Origin: Patescibacteria group bacterium
GTDB lineage: Bacteria > Patescibacteriota > Minisyncoccia > Phycocordibacterales > PALSA-1337
Direction of reading: 5' to 3'
DNA: 64,000 bases
Assembly (NCBI GenBank): GCA_040388415.1
Contig: JAZKBV010000002.1
Location: 63,383-127,382, forward strand
Part shown: positions 8,365-18,347 of the stretch, in pieces
How the letters are laid out: each line of letters begins with the position of its first letter
Position numbering within the stretch: position 1 is the stretch's first letter
The notes under the pieces: model-generated
What the model was told of the DNA's origin: nothing
The model's database searches: none
The model's input: only the letters and a program-made list of their open reading frames with translations
Translations under genes and position numbers: made by a program

Positions 8365-9384
8365 ATGAAAAAAACCATACTGCTCGGTATTGTGTTGCTT
8401 GGCGCAACGCTTATCTCACACGCCCAAATGCCGCCTGGTCCCATCGGAACGAATACCTATGTTCCTGAGCCCCCACCAACCCACGGTCTCTACGTCACTG
8501 GCTTTTCAACGCCGGAAGGCAAACTGCCTTGGGGACGCTACATCTTTCCGGGTGGTGATCCAAACATGACCAACTTCATTGGTGCGCCGCAAGGGTTCGT
8601 TCGCAATTGGACCAGCGACACTACGATCACGCCGGGCGACGTCTTTGCCGTCGGCATGCCGTTCTCGTCAACCAACATCAGCACCAATTACATCTGCATG
8701 ATCGCAACCGTTTGGAAGACAGTTACGAATGATCAGACAGGCGTAACCTCGATAATAAGCAGAAGTGCAACCAACCACATGCGGGCCGGTGGCATCATAA
8801 CCGTGTTCAGGGTTGGGGTTACCAATGTTACGGAAATCATCCCCACGGAGTTAGGGATGATTCGTCCACGAAGCCTGATGCTGACGACCAACTATGATGT
8901 CCCCTATTTTGAAGGACCGACAAATTCTGAACAGATACTGGACGACATCGCACGCAGGTCGTTTGAACCTCCACCGTTTCCGTTTCCGCCGGAATTCTAT
9001 CCCCCCGGTTATCCGAAACCGGATCCGGAGTTATACCAACCTACGTTCAATGATGGGCCGATGATCAAGGTTGATCCGGGGCACCCAACTTTTGACCCGC
9101 TCATTGTCCAGAAAAATCGGTTCCACATCCTGTCGGACGAAACGAGTTTGTCTGACCAGTTTGTAACATCCTTTACCTGCACCAACATATTGGGAGAACC
9201 AGGCTGTCTCTACCATCTTCAGATGAGACATACCCTGGATGATTCATCGTCTTGGGCAGATGTGACGAACAGCGCGGTATGGCTCAATGCTGATGGCTGG
9301 GGCCAACTCAGCATAAGCATTACCAACGACTGTGGCGACCAATCTTACTTCAGGCTCAAGAGTCACGCTTCAGAGCCCGAGTAA
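8365..9384 (+). CDS. hypothetical secreted protein (signal peptide, Pro-rich segments)
   Basis: MKKTILLGIVLLGATLISHAQ signal peptide. PPFPFPPEFYPPGYPKPDPE proline-rich stretch. Followed by a strong terminator. Confidence 0.55.
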   Translation: MKKTILLGIVLLGATLISHAQMPPGPIGTNTYVPEPPPTHGLYVTGFSTPEGKLPWGRYIFPGGDPNMTNFIGAPQGFVRNWTSDTTITPGDVFAVGMPFSSTNISTNYICMIATVWKTVTNDQTGVTSIISRSATNHMRAGGIITVFRVGVTNVTEIIPTELGMIRPRSLMLTTNYDVPYFEGPTNSEQILDDIARRSFEPPPFPFPPEFYPPGYPKPDPELYQPTFNDGPMIKVDPGHPTFDPLIVQKNRFHILSDETSLSDQFVTSFTCTNILGEPGCLYHLQMRHTLDDSSSWADVTNSAVWLNADGWGQLSISITNDCGDQSYFRLKSHASEPE

Positions 9385-9404
9385 TTCGGTATTCCAATCT
9401 TCAC

Positions 9405-9436
9405 AACCCTCGACTTCACCGTCGAGGGTTTTTTAT
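9405..9436 (+). terminator. rho-independent terminator
   Basis: AACCCTCGAC-ttcacc-GTCGAGGGTT followed by TTTTTT. Confidence 0.7.
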
Positions 9437-9458
9437 TATTCAATAATCTATCTGCTTT

Positions 9459-10148
9459 TTATTTCTTCAGCCCCAACATCAACCTTTCCGTACCAAGTTC
9501 GGTGTCCACCAACCCCCTATGTCCGTCGTGATATATTTTGATCAAATCACCAGCCAAGCTACCGAGCTCTTCTGTTGAATAGTTACTTGTACTCTTCGCC
9601 ACGATCATCGACTTTATCTTCCAGAAAAGTACGCCGATAATGCTTTCTGCTTCCAATCCGCTATCAACTGCCTGTCTATATATAGTCCATGATTTGAGGG
9701 CATTTCTCGACGCAACCGCATCTGCTAAAGCAAAAATATTGAACTCACTAGCGCCGGCATTTTTCCCTCCGAACTTCTGACTACCAATTCCTAACTCTCC
9801 TGTCTCAACAACCTTCTCCGCATGCTTCTCGACTGCTTTTTTGAGCTCCGCATTCAACTTCGCCTCAAGGAGAATAAAAATATTCGCTGACTCATTCATT
9901 ACTTGGATCAGGTCTGGCAACGATTCTTTTGCCTCCCCTTTTTCGGTGACTCTATTTAAGAAAAGAATATATTTATTTGAGAATAAACCTTGCCCCCCAA
10001 CATTTTCTTCGATAACAGAAGTGCTCCAGTTATCAGCTTCGACTTCAATGTATGTGGCATCAGGTCTTTTTGCGCGCAGAGAGTTCGCGAGGGTACGCGC
10101 TTTTTCGAGAGACTTTGTAATATCTGATCCGTGATAGACGTAGAGCAT
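9459..10148 (-). CDS. holA: DNA polymerase III delta subunit (HolA)-like
   Basis: N-terminus LYVYHGSD...LFSNKYILFL and C-terminal FALADAVASRNALKSWTIYRQAVDSGLEAESIIGVLFWKIKSM resemble HolA domains. Shorter than E. coli HolA. Confidence 0.5.
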   Translation of the reverse strand: MLYVYHGSDITKSLEKARTLANSLRAKRPDATYIEVEADNWSTSVIEENVGGQGLFSNKYILFLNRVTEKGEAKESLPDLIQVMNESANIFILLEAKLNAELKKAVEKHAEKVVETGELGIGSQKFGGKNAGASEFNIFALADAVASRNALKSWTIYRQAVDSGLEAESIIGVLFWKIKSMIVAKSTSNYSTEELGSLAGDLIKIYHDGHRGLVDTELGTERLMLGLKK

Positions 10149-10174
10149 GCTTGTAGTATATGCCAGTCGTGGGT

Positions 10175-10205
10175 AATAAAAAAGCCACCAGATGAATCTG
10201 GTGGC
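10175..10205 (-). terminator. rho-independent terminator (hairpin GCCACCAGA/TCTGGTGGC with adjacent A/T runs)
   Basis: A perfect 9-bp stem. The A-run on the plus side gives a U-tail for the minus-strand gene that ends at 10221. Confidence 0.55.
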
Positions 10206-10220
10206 GCTGAATTTTTTTGA

Positions 10221-10514
10221 TTAAAACCTTTGTAAGGTTCCCCTGATTAAGCTGTGATAATTGTAATTTGAAACATTAATCACGTATTCTCCCGTAGCGA
10301 GGGTGACTACGCCGACCAAGTTATCATCAATCCTGCACTGACAACGATTGACACTGAAATACTCCAGGATGAGAGATTTCACAAATGCTGTGGGAAGCTC
10401 ACACTTGTAATGTCTAATCTCGAAATCAAAACTTTCAGGCGGCATATCCCACTCGCTTAATAGTTTCGTTGACAGCCTGTCGGCGAGAAACTGCCCTAAA
10501 GTTGGGGTTTCCAT
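10221..10514 (-). CDS. hypothetical protein
   Basis: 97-aa ORF flanked by terminators. No motif recognised. Confidence 0.4.
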   Translation of the reverse strand: METPTLGQFLADRLSTKLLSEWDMPPESFDFEIRHYKCELPTAFVKSLILEYFSVNRCQCRIDDNLVGVVTLATGEYVINVSNYNYHSLIRGTLQRF

Positions 10515-10604
10515 GATTATTCCTTTTGTTTGTATGATGTAGATACACCAATTTTTTAGATCTGACTTATCTACATAAAAACATTCTAGGCAAAATTTGT
10601 CAAC

Positions 10605-12980
10605 CTATTTCAACTCCCCCCAACTATCCCCTATCGCCGCCTGCGCAGTGAGCACAACCCCATGCGTCTCCTTCGGATCCATGACTGTTTGCATGATACG
10701 AGTAATCTCTTTTGAGATCTCTTCTGCTTTCTCTTCACGGATCTCACAGACAAGTTCATCGTGCACTTGGAGCAACAGGTAGACATCATTTCCCCAGCCT
10801 TTTTCCTTTATATATGCATCTATCTTGATCATGGCCAGCTTGATAACGTCAGCCTCAGTCCCTTGAATCGGTGCATTGATGGCCATACGCTCAGCAGCTG
10901 CGCGGACAAATGGTATCTTGGACTTTATCCCTTCAAAATAACGGCGACGTCCATAAAATGTTTCAGTGTACCCACGACGAGCGGTTTCAGCTTTGACTGC
11001 ATCGAGATATGAGGCGAGAGTAGAAAACGTAGCGAAGTATTCATTCAAAAATATCTGTGCTTCTTCACGTGTTGAGCCGAGGTTTTGTTTGAGAGCAATG
11101 ACTCCCATGCCATAGATGATACCGAAGTTGATCACCTTCGCCCGGCGTCGCATCTCAGACGTCACGTCTTTTGGATCCACTTTGAAAACTGACGCGGCAA
11201 CGGCTGTGTGAACATCCTCTCCTTTTTTGAAGATATCTATGAGCTTCTGGTCGCCTGACAAAAATGCAGCGATGCGCAATTCCATCTGCGAATAGTCGAA
11301 TGAAACGAGTTTAAACCCTTTTTCAGCAATGAATGCATAACGGATATTTTTACCGAGCTCAGTTTTGATAGGGATATTCTGGAGCCCCGGATCCTGCGAA
11401 GCCATGCGACCAGTCGTAGAACCGGACAATATAAAATGAGTGTGCAGGCGGTCATTATCATCGAGGAGTGGCGGGATAGCATCAATATAGGTACCGAGCA
11501 ATTTTGATATCTCACGATACTCGAAGATGAATGGAATGATCGGATGCATATCGCGCATCTTTTCAAGCTCAGATTCTTTGGTTGAACGCGCGCCACCTTC
11601 GGTTTTCTTGGCATTCTTTGGCTTCAAACCGAGTTTGTCAAAAAGAATTTCTCCTAACTGTTTTGGCGAAGCAATATTGAATTCAACTCCTGCCTCACGC
11701 CAAATATTCTTCTCAAGCTCAGAAAGAGTTGCGTGGTACTTCTTTGAAAGATCTGCAAGCAATTTTCTATTGATGCGCACGCCTTTCTTTTCCATAGCGT
11801 GGACTATAGGAATAAGCGGCAATTCAATGCTCTCATACACCTTACGCAATCCCCTTTTATCCATCTCAGCGAAAATAATATTTGTTGCCTCTTTGAAATT
11901 CTCTACGCGAGCAAAAGCATATATATCCTCGAGCGTTGGGTTGGTGATATTTGAAGTGACTACCCACAACGCCAATGCAGTTTTTTCGAGCTCGAGCTGA
12001 TCAATGACCTCCTTCGGCTTTTCTATTTCATCAAATAACTGACTTGGCTTGCCATTCACTGCTTTTTCCAAACGTGGCAACAATGTTCTGAACTCCAAAT
12101 TTGTCCAAAATTCACCGACCTTTTTTATATCCAAATCTTCTTTAAATGTTTTCTCAGGCACTACGAACTGTATCGGCGCGTCTCGACGGATAGTAGCGAG
12201 CATCTTACTGAACTCGGCCTCCTCCTTATTATCTTTGAGCAGTTGTATCAAGCGTGGCGTCATGCCGGCTTTGGTAAAAGCTTTTTCATTGCCCTTTTCG
12301 AGCTCTTTGTACATATCTTCGATCGTGCCAAAAGCGGTAATAAGTGCAGTACCGCTCTTTTCCCCGATGCCTCTAATACCAGGAATATTATCTGATGGAT
12401 CACCACGAAGTCCTTTGTAATCAGGTATGAGTAGTGGACCAAAACCAAAGCGCTCTTTGACAGCTTCTTCGTCATACATAATGGTGTCTTTGATGCCCTT
12501 CTTCAAGGTATACACCTTCACATCGGTGCCGTCGATGAGTTGCATGGTGTCCATATCGCCGGATGCGATGATAACTTCGAGCTTGCCTTCTCCTTTCTCC
12601 TTTCTCCTTTCTTCATGCTTCACCTGCTCAACAATCGTCCCGATAATGTCATCCGCCTCGAACCCTTCTTTACTGTAAATAGGAATATTAAGCGCCTTGA
12701 ATACATCCTGTGAGCGATTGATCTGTATGATGAGGTCATCATCAGTCTTTTGACGACCGGCTTTGTACTCCTTATATATCTCATGGCGGTATGTCGGGCC
12801 TTTGAGGTCGTAACATGCGACGATATAGTCAGGCTTTAGATCCTCGATGATCTTGATGAGCATGGTCGAGAGACCGTAGAGTGCACCCGTTGGCTCCCCT
12901 TTCGATGTCGCGAAATCAGGTAGCGCATGATATGCACGGTGGAGGATAGCGTGAGAATCGAGAAGAATGAGTCGTTTCAT
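10605..12980 (-). CDS. polA: DNA polymerase I (5'-3' exonuclease + polymerase domains)
   Basis: FEN-like N-terminus and polymerase motifs: RRRAKVINFGIIYGMG (motif B) and LLLQVHDELVCEI (motif C). Confidence 0.9.
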   Translation of the reverse strand: MKRLILLDSHAILHRAYHALPDFATSKGEPTGALYGLSTMLIKIIEDLKPDYIVACYDLKGPTYRHEIYKEYKAGRQKTDDDLIIQINRSQDVFKALNIPIYSKEGFEADDIIGTIVEQVKHEERRKEKGEGKLEVIIASGDMDTMQLIDGTDVKVYTLKKGIKDTIMYDEEAVKERFGFGPLLIPDYKGLRGDPSDNIPGIRGIGEKSGTALITAFGTIEDMYKELEKGNEKAFTKAGMTPRLIQLLKDNKEEAEFSKMLATIRRDAPIQFVVPEKTFKEDLDIKKVGEFWTNLEFRTLLPRLEKAVNGKPSQLFDEIEKPKEVIDQLELEKTALALWVVTSNITNPTLEDIYAFARVENFKEATNIIFAEMDKRGLRKVYESIELPLIPIVHAMEKKGVRINRKLLADLSKKYHATLSELEKNIWREAGVEFNIASPKQLGEILFDKLGLKPKNAKKTEGGARSTKESELEKMRDMHPIIPFIFEYREISKLLGTYIDAIPPLLDDNDRLHTHFILSGSTTGRMASQDPGLQNIPIKTELGKNIRYAFIAEKGFKLVSFDYSQMELRIAAFLSGDQKLIDIFKKGEDVHTAVAASVFKVDPKDVTSEMRRRAKVINFGIIYGMGVIALKQNLGSTREEAQIFLNEYFATFSTLASYLDAVKAETARRGYTETFYGRRRYFEGIKSKIPFVRAAAERMAINAPIQGTEADVIKLAMIKIDAYIKEKGWGNDVYLLLQVHDELVCEIREEKAEEISKEITRIMQTVMDPKETHGVVLTAQAAIGDSWGELK

Positions 12981-13096
12981 GGCTCAATTGTACACTACCC
13001 CGCTTCTTATCAACAGGTTGACTCAATTTATCTATAATATTTGGTATACTTATAGCATATTCGGTTAATATTTTAATTATTTCTAATTATAAACAC

Positions 13097-13801
13097 ATGA
13101 AACTCACTCGCACCTCAGTACTTGCTGCATCGAGCCTCCTTATTGGAGGGTTGATAGGCGCATCTACATTAGTAGCTCTCGCTGGATGGGATGCCCCAAA
13201 AAGTACTCCACCAAACTGTGTCACTGATCCAAACAATGCAAGTTACCAGGATGGATGTGTGACACCTATAAATGTTGGCTCGGCTTCACAGTCAAAAACC
13301 GGCCTCTTTGGTCTTGGACATTTCCAATTTGTTCCACCTGGCATGCCGACTTCAGGTATCACAGGAAAAGTTCTCACTGCTGTCGACGACTACGGAACAG
13401 TTGGTTGGGGATCACCGAGCGCAAGCGGTCCTGTCTTTATCACACCAGTCACCGTAGCAACCGTGCCTTCAAACACCGTTGTTGGTTGGACTACAGTTTC
13501 CCTTTCGGGCCGTGGCATACCATCAACTGCTTCAGCACTGATCCTCCAGGTCAACGGAAACTTCTTCTGTGACGGCGGATGTAGCAACCTTCCAGCAAAG
13601 ATTGAAATGCGCACTGCCACTGGCGGAACCACCTACTCACTCTACTCTCTTGGTGATACTGGAAACTCGACCGCTATCACAGCCATGACAAGTCAGGGTA
13701 TGTATCCATTTTCAGCCGGAAGTATGAGCTTTGACTATCAAGTACCTGTTCAATTCAAAAAGGGTGGTGCGACGATATCTATCGTCGGTTACATGAGATA
13801 A
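13097..13801 (+). CDS. hypothetical secreted protein
   Basis: N-terminal hydrophobic signal (VLAASSLLIGGLIGASTLVALA), then a Gly/Thr/Ser-rich domain with paired Cys. Confidence 0.5.
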   Translation: MKLTRTSVLAASSLLIGGLIGASTLVALAGWDAPKSTPPNCVTDPNNASYQDGCVTPINVGSASQSKTGLFGLGHFQFVPPGMPTSGITGKVLTAVDDYGTVGWGSPSASGPVFITPVTVATVPSNTVVGWTTVSLSGRGIPSTASALILQVNGNFFCDGGCSNLPAKIEMRTATGGTTYSLYSLGDTGNSTAITAMTSQGMYPFSAGSMSFDYQVPVQFKKGGATISIVGYMR

Positions 13802-13808
13802 TCAAACT

Positions 13809-14294
13809 CTATTTTATTGAAATGTGATGGACCCCATCGCTCGCCTCAAAAGCGAGCGATGTGTCTTTATGAAATGATTGTAAGCCGACATTCTCAGGCC
13901 ATTCAATCAAAATCAAATTGTCCCTATCTGCAAGGAGCTTCTCCCATTCGAGCACCTGAAGCTGTTCTGTACCCTCGAGACGATACGCATCAATATGTAT
14001 CAGTTTCCTCCAAGGAACGTCAACGTGTCTGGCTTTTTGATCATTGGTCATTGTTACTTGGTCATTGATTTCATATATTTTCATAATGACGAACGTTGGG
14101 CTCGTAACATGATCGGTGATCCCCAATACTTCAGCGACGCTCTTTGTAAAAGCGGTCTTCCCTGCGCCGAGGTGTCCTGAGAGACCAACAATGAGCGCGC
14201 CGTTATGATTCGCATATGTATTTGAAATAGAGACGAGCCAGTTCTTGGCTATCTGTTTGGTCTCATTGAGAGAATGTGAAGCTAATGTTTTCAT
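13809..14294 (-). CDS. tsaE: tRNA threonylcarbamoyladenosine biosynthesis protein TsaE (YjeE-like P-loop ATPase)
   Basis: GLSGHLGAGKTAFTK Walker A and VTSPTFVIMKIYE, characteristic of TsaE. Confidence 0.8.
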   Translation of the reverse strand: MKTLASHSLNETKQIAKNWLVSISNTYANHNGALIVGLSGHLGAGKTAFTKSVAEVLGITDHVTSPTFVIMKIYEINDQVTMTNDQKARHVDVPWRKLIHIDAYRLEGTEQLQVLEWEKLLADRDNLILIEWPENVGLQSFHKDTSLAFEASDGVHHISIK

Positions 14295-14402
14295 GGGTTC
14301 ATACTAGCAAGGGTGAACCTCGAGGTCTACTTTTCATATAAAAAAACCGGCCACTCCTTTCTTTCGAAAGGGTGACCGGTAGGGTTGGCGGGACTAAATG
14401 TT

Positions 14403-14930
14403 TCAATCAGGCACGTATCCGGGCTGCTTGACGCCATTGGCATCAGGTTGCCACTCAACATGCTCGTTCGCGTGATGTGGGAAGTAAATGACTTTTCCGT
14501 TGGGATCAGTGTAGAGATCCATGTTATTTTCTCGTGCCCACTTGGCAGTGACTTCTGCTTGGGACATTTGAATCGTTTGGACGTTGTCCTGGGCAACGAA
14601 CGGCGGCGAATCGGTTACCACATCGGCATTCACGTTGATGGTGAGAATTTTACTGATGCTTTCGCCAGCAACTTCAGGCCCGAACAGGCACAACTTCTTG
14701 AGCAACGAGAGGCCGCCGGCGTTCACCTTGTGCGTCGTCTCTTTATGTGTCTCAACGATGCCCACCGCTTGCCCATTCGTAGCATTCATGGTCATGCCTG
14801 GAGCGTATACCATGCCGTAGTTCCGCGTCATATCAGCAGTGCTTTGGTTTTCCACCGTAAGCGAGCCGCATCCGACACCAAACAATGCCAGACTCACCAG
14901 AGCCAAGCCAACCAACAATTTAGTTTTCAT
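14403..14930 (-). CDS. hypothetical lipoprotein
   Basis: MKTKLLVGLALVSLALFGVGCGS is a signal peptide plus lipobox. The tracked ORF starts at TTG (14948); the ATG at 14930 is preferred. Confidence 0.5.
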   Translation of the reverse strand: MKTKLLVGLALVSLALFGVGCGSLTVENQSTADMTRNYGMVYAPGMTMNATNGQAVGIVETHKETTHKVNAGGLSLLKKLCLFGPEVAGESISKILTINVNADVVTDSPPFVAQDNVQTIQMSQAEVTAKWARENNMDLYTDPNGKVIYFPHHANEHVEWQPDANGVKQPGYVPD

Positions 14931-15122
14931 AGTTTTTTCAAGCTGCAATTCTGTGAAATCATACTTCTAGCGACAGGCTAGTATACAATCCCACGGGTTT
15001 ACGTTTGGTAGTATTATATCAGATAATAGGATATTGTCAATACCTTTGATTTCCCCTCTTTTGAGGCCTTATCATGGCTGTGAATAGCGGTTTTTCTGCT
15101 ATACTTATTGAAAAGAAAAACA

Positions 15123-16796
15123 ATGACTATTCAATTTGACGAAGACAAGCAGAAACAGCATATAGATAATCTTCACCACCAAGAGGAAGAAGACTTGGTG
15201 CAGATATTGTCTGCAAAGTACGGCGTAGAATATGTAAATCTGGTAAATACGCCCGTAAGCGCTGATGCCTTACGTTTGATCGATGAGAAAATAGCACGCA
15301 TTACTCTTGTAGCAGGCTTTGCTCTCATAAACAAAAAAATCAAGATCGCTGCCCGTAATCCGACTGACCCGCGTCTACAAGATATCATCGCCGACCTCAC
15401 TCAACAGGGATACCAGCCTGAAATCTACATCACCTCTACTCTCGGCCTTGAGAAAGCATGGAAAACATACAAGGACCTTTCTTTTGCCTATGAAAGTCGT
15501 GCTGGATCGCTCGAAATATCGAGCAAAGAAATCACTGAGATCATCAACCAAGCAAAGAGCTTGCCTACCATCATCTCTATCCTGCAAAACACTATGGCAG
15601 CAAAAAAGAGCTACCGCGTTTCGCGCATCTTGGAGACATTGGTTGCCGGTGCGCTCGCCGTCAATGCTTCTGACCTCCACCTCGAACCAGAGGAAGACTA
15701 TGTACTCATCCGCTATCGTCTCGACGGCGTGCTCCAGGAAGTCATTCGTATCGACAATGAGACTTATGGCCTGCTCCTTTCACGCATCAAGCTCATTTCA
15801 GGCATGAAGCTCAATATGAAGAAAGACTCGCAAGACGGACGTTTCAGTATCCGCCTCGAACTAGGTGATATCGAAGTTCGTGTCTCAGTTTTGCCTGGCG
15901 CATACAATGAGTCAGTGGTTATGCGTATCCTCAACCCTACATCTATCCAAGTATCGCTTGAGAGTATGGGTATCAATCCAAAACTGCTTAACATTCTTCT
16001 CGAAGAGATCAATCGTCCTGACGGCATGATACTCACGACGGGTCCGACTGGTTCCGGTAAGACAACGACCCTCTATTCATTCCTCCAAAAAGTCCATAAT
16101 CCAGGCGTGAAAATCATCACTCTCGAAGACCCGATCGAGTATCACCTCCCAGGTATCGTGCAAACTCAAGTGAATGATAAGGGATATACGTTCGCTGAAG
16201 GCCTTCGTGCAGCTGTTCGTCAGGATCCAGACATCATCATGATCGGTGAAATCCGTGATGGCGAGACTGCAAACATCGCCATCAACTCGGCGCTCACTGG
16301 TCACCTCGTGTTCTCAACATTGCATACGAACGACGCTGCAGGCACATTCCCCCGCCTGATTGATCTCGGGGCAAACCCAAGCATCATTCCCTCTGCTATC
16401 CGCGTCTCTATGGCACAGCGTCTCGTTCGTCGACTCTGTCAGGTATGTAAAAAAGAGGCGCTTGTTGAGGGTGCCAATCAAAATGAAATCGAAACAACTG
16501 TTAATGGTATTGAAGACAAATCAGTAATACCAGCTGATCGCTCAAAGATGTGGGCACCAGTCGGTTGTGATAAATGTAACCACACAGGTTATAAAGGACG
16601 TATCGGTATATATGAAGCGATTTTGATGAATAAGGCAGTTGAACTTGCTGTACAGAGAAGCTCGAGCGACCGTGAGATATGGGAAGCAGCAAAAGGCCAG
16701 GGTATTCTGACCATGAAACAGGATGGTGTATTAAAAGTATTAAATGGCACCACTTCCCTCGAAGAGCTCGAACGCGTCATTACATTGACTGACTAG
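15123..16796 (+). CDS. pilB: type IV pilus assembly / type II secretion ATPase, PilB/GspE family
   Basis: Walker A GPTGSGKTTTLYS, His box LTGHLVFSTLHTNDAAG, C-terminal tetracysteine CQVCKK...CDKCNHTGYKGR. T2SSE_N-like N-domain. Tracked TTG start at 15108; the ATG at 15123 is preferred. Confidence 0.85.
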   Translation: MTIQFDEDKQKQHIDNLHHQEEEDLVQILSAKYGVEYVNLVNTPVSADALRLIDEKIARITLVAGFALINKKIKIAARNPTDPRLQDIIADLTQQGYQPEIYITSTLGLEKAWKTYKDLSFAYESRAGSLEISSKEITEIINQAKSLPTIISILQNTMAAKKSYRVSRILETLVAGALAVNASDLHLEPEEDYVLIRYRLDGVLQEVIRIDNETYGLLLSRIKLISGMKLNMKKDSQDGRFSIRLELGDIEVRVSVLPGAYNESVVMRILNPTSIQVSLESMGINPKLLNILLEEINRPDGMILTTGPTGSGKTTTLYSFLQKVHNPGVKIITLEDPIEYHLPGIVQTQVNDKGYTFAEGLRAAVRQDPDIIMIGEIRDGETANIAINSALTGHLVFSTLHTNDAAGTFPRLIDLGANPSIIPSAIRVSMAQRLVRRLCQVCKKEALVEGANQNEIETTVNGIEDKSVIPADRSKMWAPVGCDKCNHTGYKGRIGIYEAILMNKAVELAVQRSSSDREIWEAAKGQGILTMKQDGVLKVLNGTTSLEELERVITLTD

Positions 16797-16907
16797 TTGT
16801 AGGTACGCTTATTTGTTAAAACAGACAAAAATAAGCACTGTCAATTGCTTTTTTCCTGTGTATAGCGCTAGGATTGAAAACAGGTAGATAGACCGATGAA
16901 GTAGTAG

Positions 16908-17083
16908 ATTCTACTCATTCGAACACGTAAATCTCTAAGCAAAATCTTGTCTCGTGATGAGTCAAGCGAGGTAGAGTTCCGAGGATAATTGCAGTACACG
17001 ATACCGAAGTATGTAACCAAAATGTCCTTAGCACTATACCCAAACCTGGGAAGGCCATTGCTTAGAGATTTATGGGCTCGAAT
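16908..17083. other. intergenic element closed by a long-range inverted repeat (candidate structured ncRNA or MITE)
   Basis: A perfect 14-nt inverted repeat aaatctctaagcaa (16923-16936) / ttgcttagagattt (17058-17071). It is extended by ttcga/tcgaa across a 5x5 internal loop and encloses ~120 nt with local hairpins. Confidence 0.3.
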
Positions 17084-17135
17084 ATAAACCTGTGTAAATT
17101 CGACTTCTCCATAACACTAGCATATAACTATTTAA

Positions 17136-18146
17136 ATGTCAAGTACCCCTCACAACTCCCCTGTAGATGACAAAGATGTGGGTTTTTTGGATCAAACCCT
17201 CCGCCCTTCACGATGGGACGAATATATCGGTCAAAAAAACATAAAGGATAACCTCCATATCCTTCTCACAGCCGCAAAAGAGCGCTCTCACCCGCCTGAA
17301 CACATCCTGTTCTACGGTCCTCCAGGATTGGGTAAGACGACTCTCGCGCATCTGATCGCCAAAGAAAGCGGCGCTCAAATGAAAGTGACTTCTGGTCCTG
17401 CAATTTTAAAAGTCGGTGATCTCGCTTCGATACTCACCAACCTGTCTGCAGGAGATATTCTTTTTATTGACGAAATACATAGACTCAACAAAGCTATAGA
17501 AGAGGTCCTATACCCTGCTATGGAGTCCGGGGTATTAGATATTATCATAGGCAAAGGCCCTTCGGCAAGGACCATCCAGCTCGACCTCCCTGCTTTCACT
17601 ATGATAGCCGCAACTACCCGTATCGCTATGATTTCAAGCCCTCTACGTAGCCGTTTCTCAGGAGGTGTTTTCAAGCTCGAATTTTATACAAATGAAGAGA
17701 TCGGCCAGATCATCAAGAGGTCAGCGAAGATTCTCGGTATCACCATCCATGATGATGCGGTTCGGGAGATTGCGGTACGTTCACGATTTACTCCACGTAC
17801 TGCCAACTATCACCTCAAGCGATGTCGTGATTTTGCTCAGATAAATAAAACTGACCTCGATAAAACGTCGGTACAAAAAGCACTCGATATGCTTGGTGTC
17901 GATATTCTCGGACTGACTGCTGCTGACCGAGAGATTCTCAAAGTTATCATTCACAAGTTCAGCGGAGGTCCTGTTGGCTTGAATACTATCGCTGCTGCCC
18001 TTTCAGAGGAGCAGGCAACTATTGAGGAGGTGTATGAGCCGTATCTGATACAACTTGGTTTGCTGGAGCGTACGTCGCGAGGGCGCATTGCGACGGATAA
18101 GGCGTATGTGCACTTAGGGGAGAAAGGGTACGCGAAGTTGATTTAA
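17136..18146 (+). CDS. ruvB: Holliday junction DNA helicase RuvB
   Basis: LRPSRWDEYIGQ..., Walker A GPPGLGKTTLA, and a RuvB winged-helix C-terminus. Confidence 0.92.
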   Translation: MSSTPHNSPVDDKDVGFLDQTLRPSRWDEYIGQKNIKDNLHILLTAAKERSHPPEHILFYGPPGLGKTTLAHLIAKESGAQMKVTSGPAILKVGDLASILTNLSAGDILFIDEIHRLNKAIEEVLYPAMESGVLDIIIGKGPSARTIQLDLPAFTMIAATTRIAMISSPLRSRFSGGVFKLEFYTNEEIGQIIKRSAKILGITIHDDAVREIAVRSRFTPRTANYHLKRCRDFAQINKTDLDKTSVQKALDMLGVDILGLTAADREILKVIIHKFSGGPVGLNTIAAALSEEQATIEEVYEPYLIQLGLLERTSRGRIATDKAYVHLGEKGYAKLI

Positions 18147-18160
18147 TTGAATAAAATTAT

Positions 18161-18334
18161 ATGAAAAAATACTTATTTAGTGGACTATTCCTAATTATAT
18201 TAAGTTTAGTCGTTTATTTTGGTATTAATTGTTATGGGGAATGTTCCAATCTCAACATCGTCAAAGGCACATTGTTTTTATTGGGTATGATTGCAGGAAT
18301 TATCCTCTGTGTACTATCATTATATAAAAGATAA
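18161..18334 (+). CDS. possible small membrane protein (57 aa, two predicted TM helices); below the ORF-track size cutoff
   Basis: ATG...TAA frame MKKYLFSGLFLIILSLVVYFGINCYGECSNLNIVKGTLFLLGMIAGIILCVLSLYKR. Fills the ruvB-yebC gap. AT-rich codon usage like its neighbours. Confidence 0.3.
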   Translation: MKKYLFSGLFLIILSLVVYFGINCYGECSNLNIVKGTLFLLGMIAGIILCVLSLYKR

Positions 18335-18347
18335 AATATAAACTACC

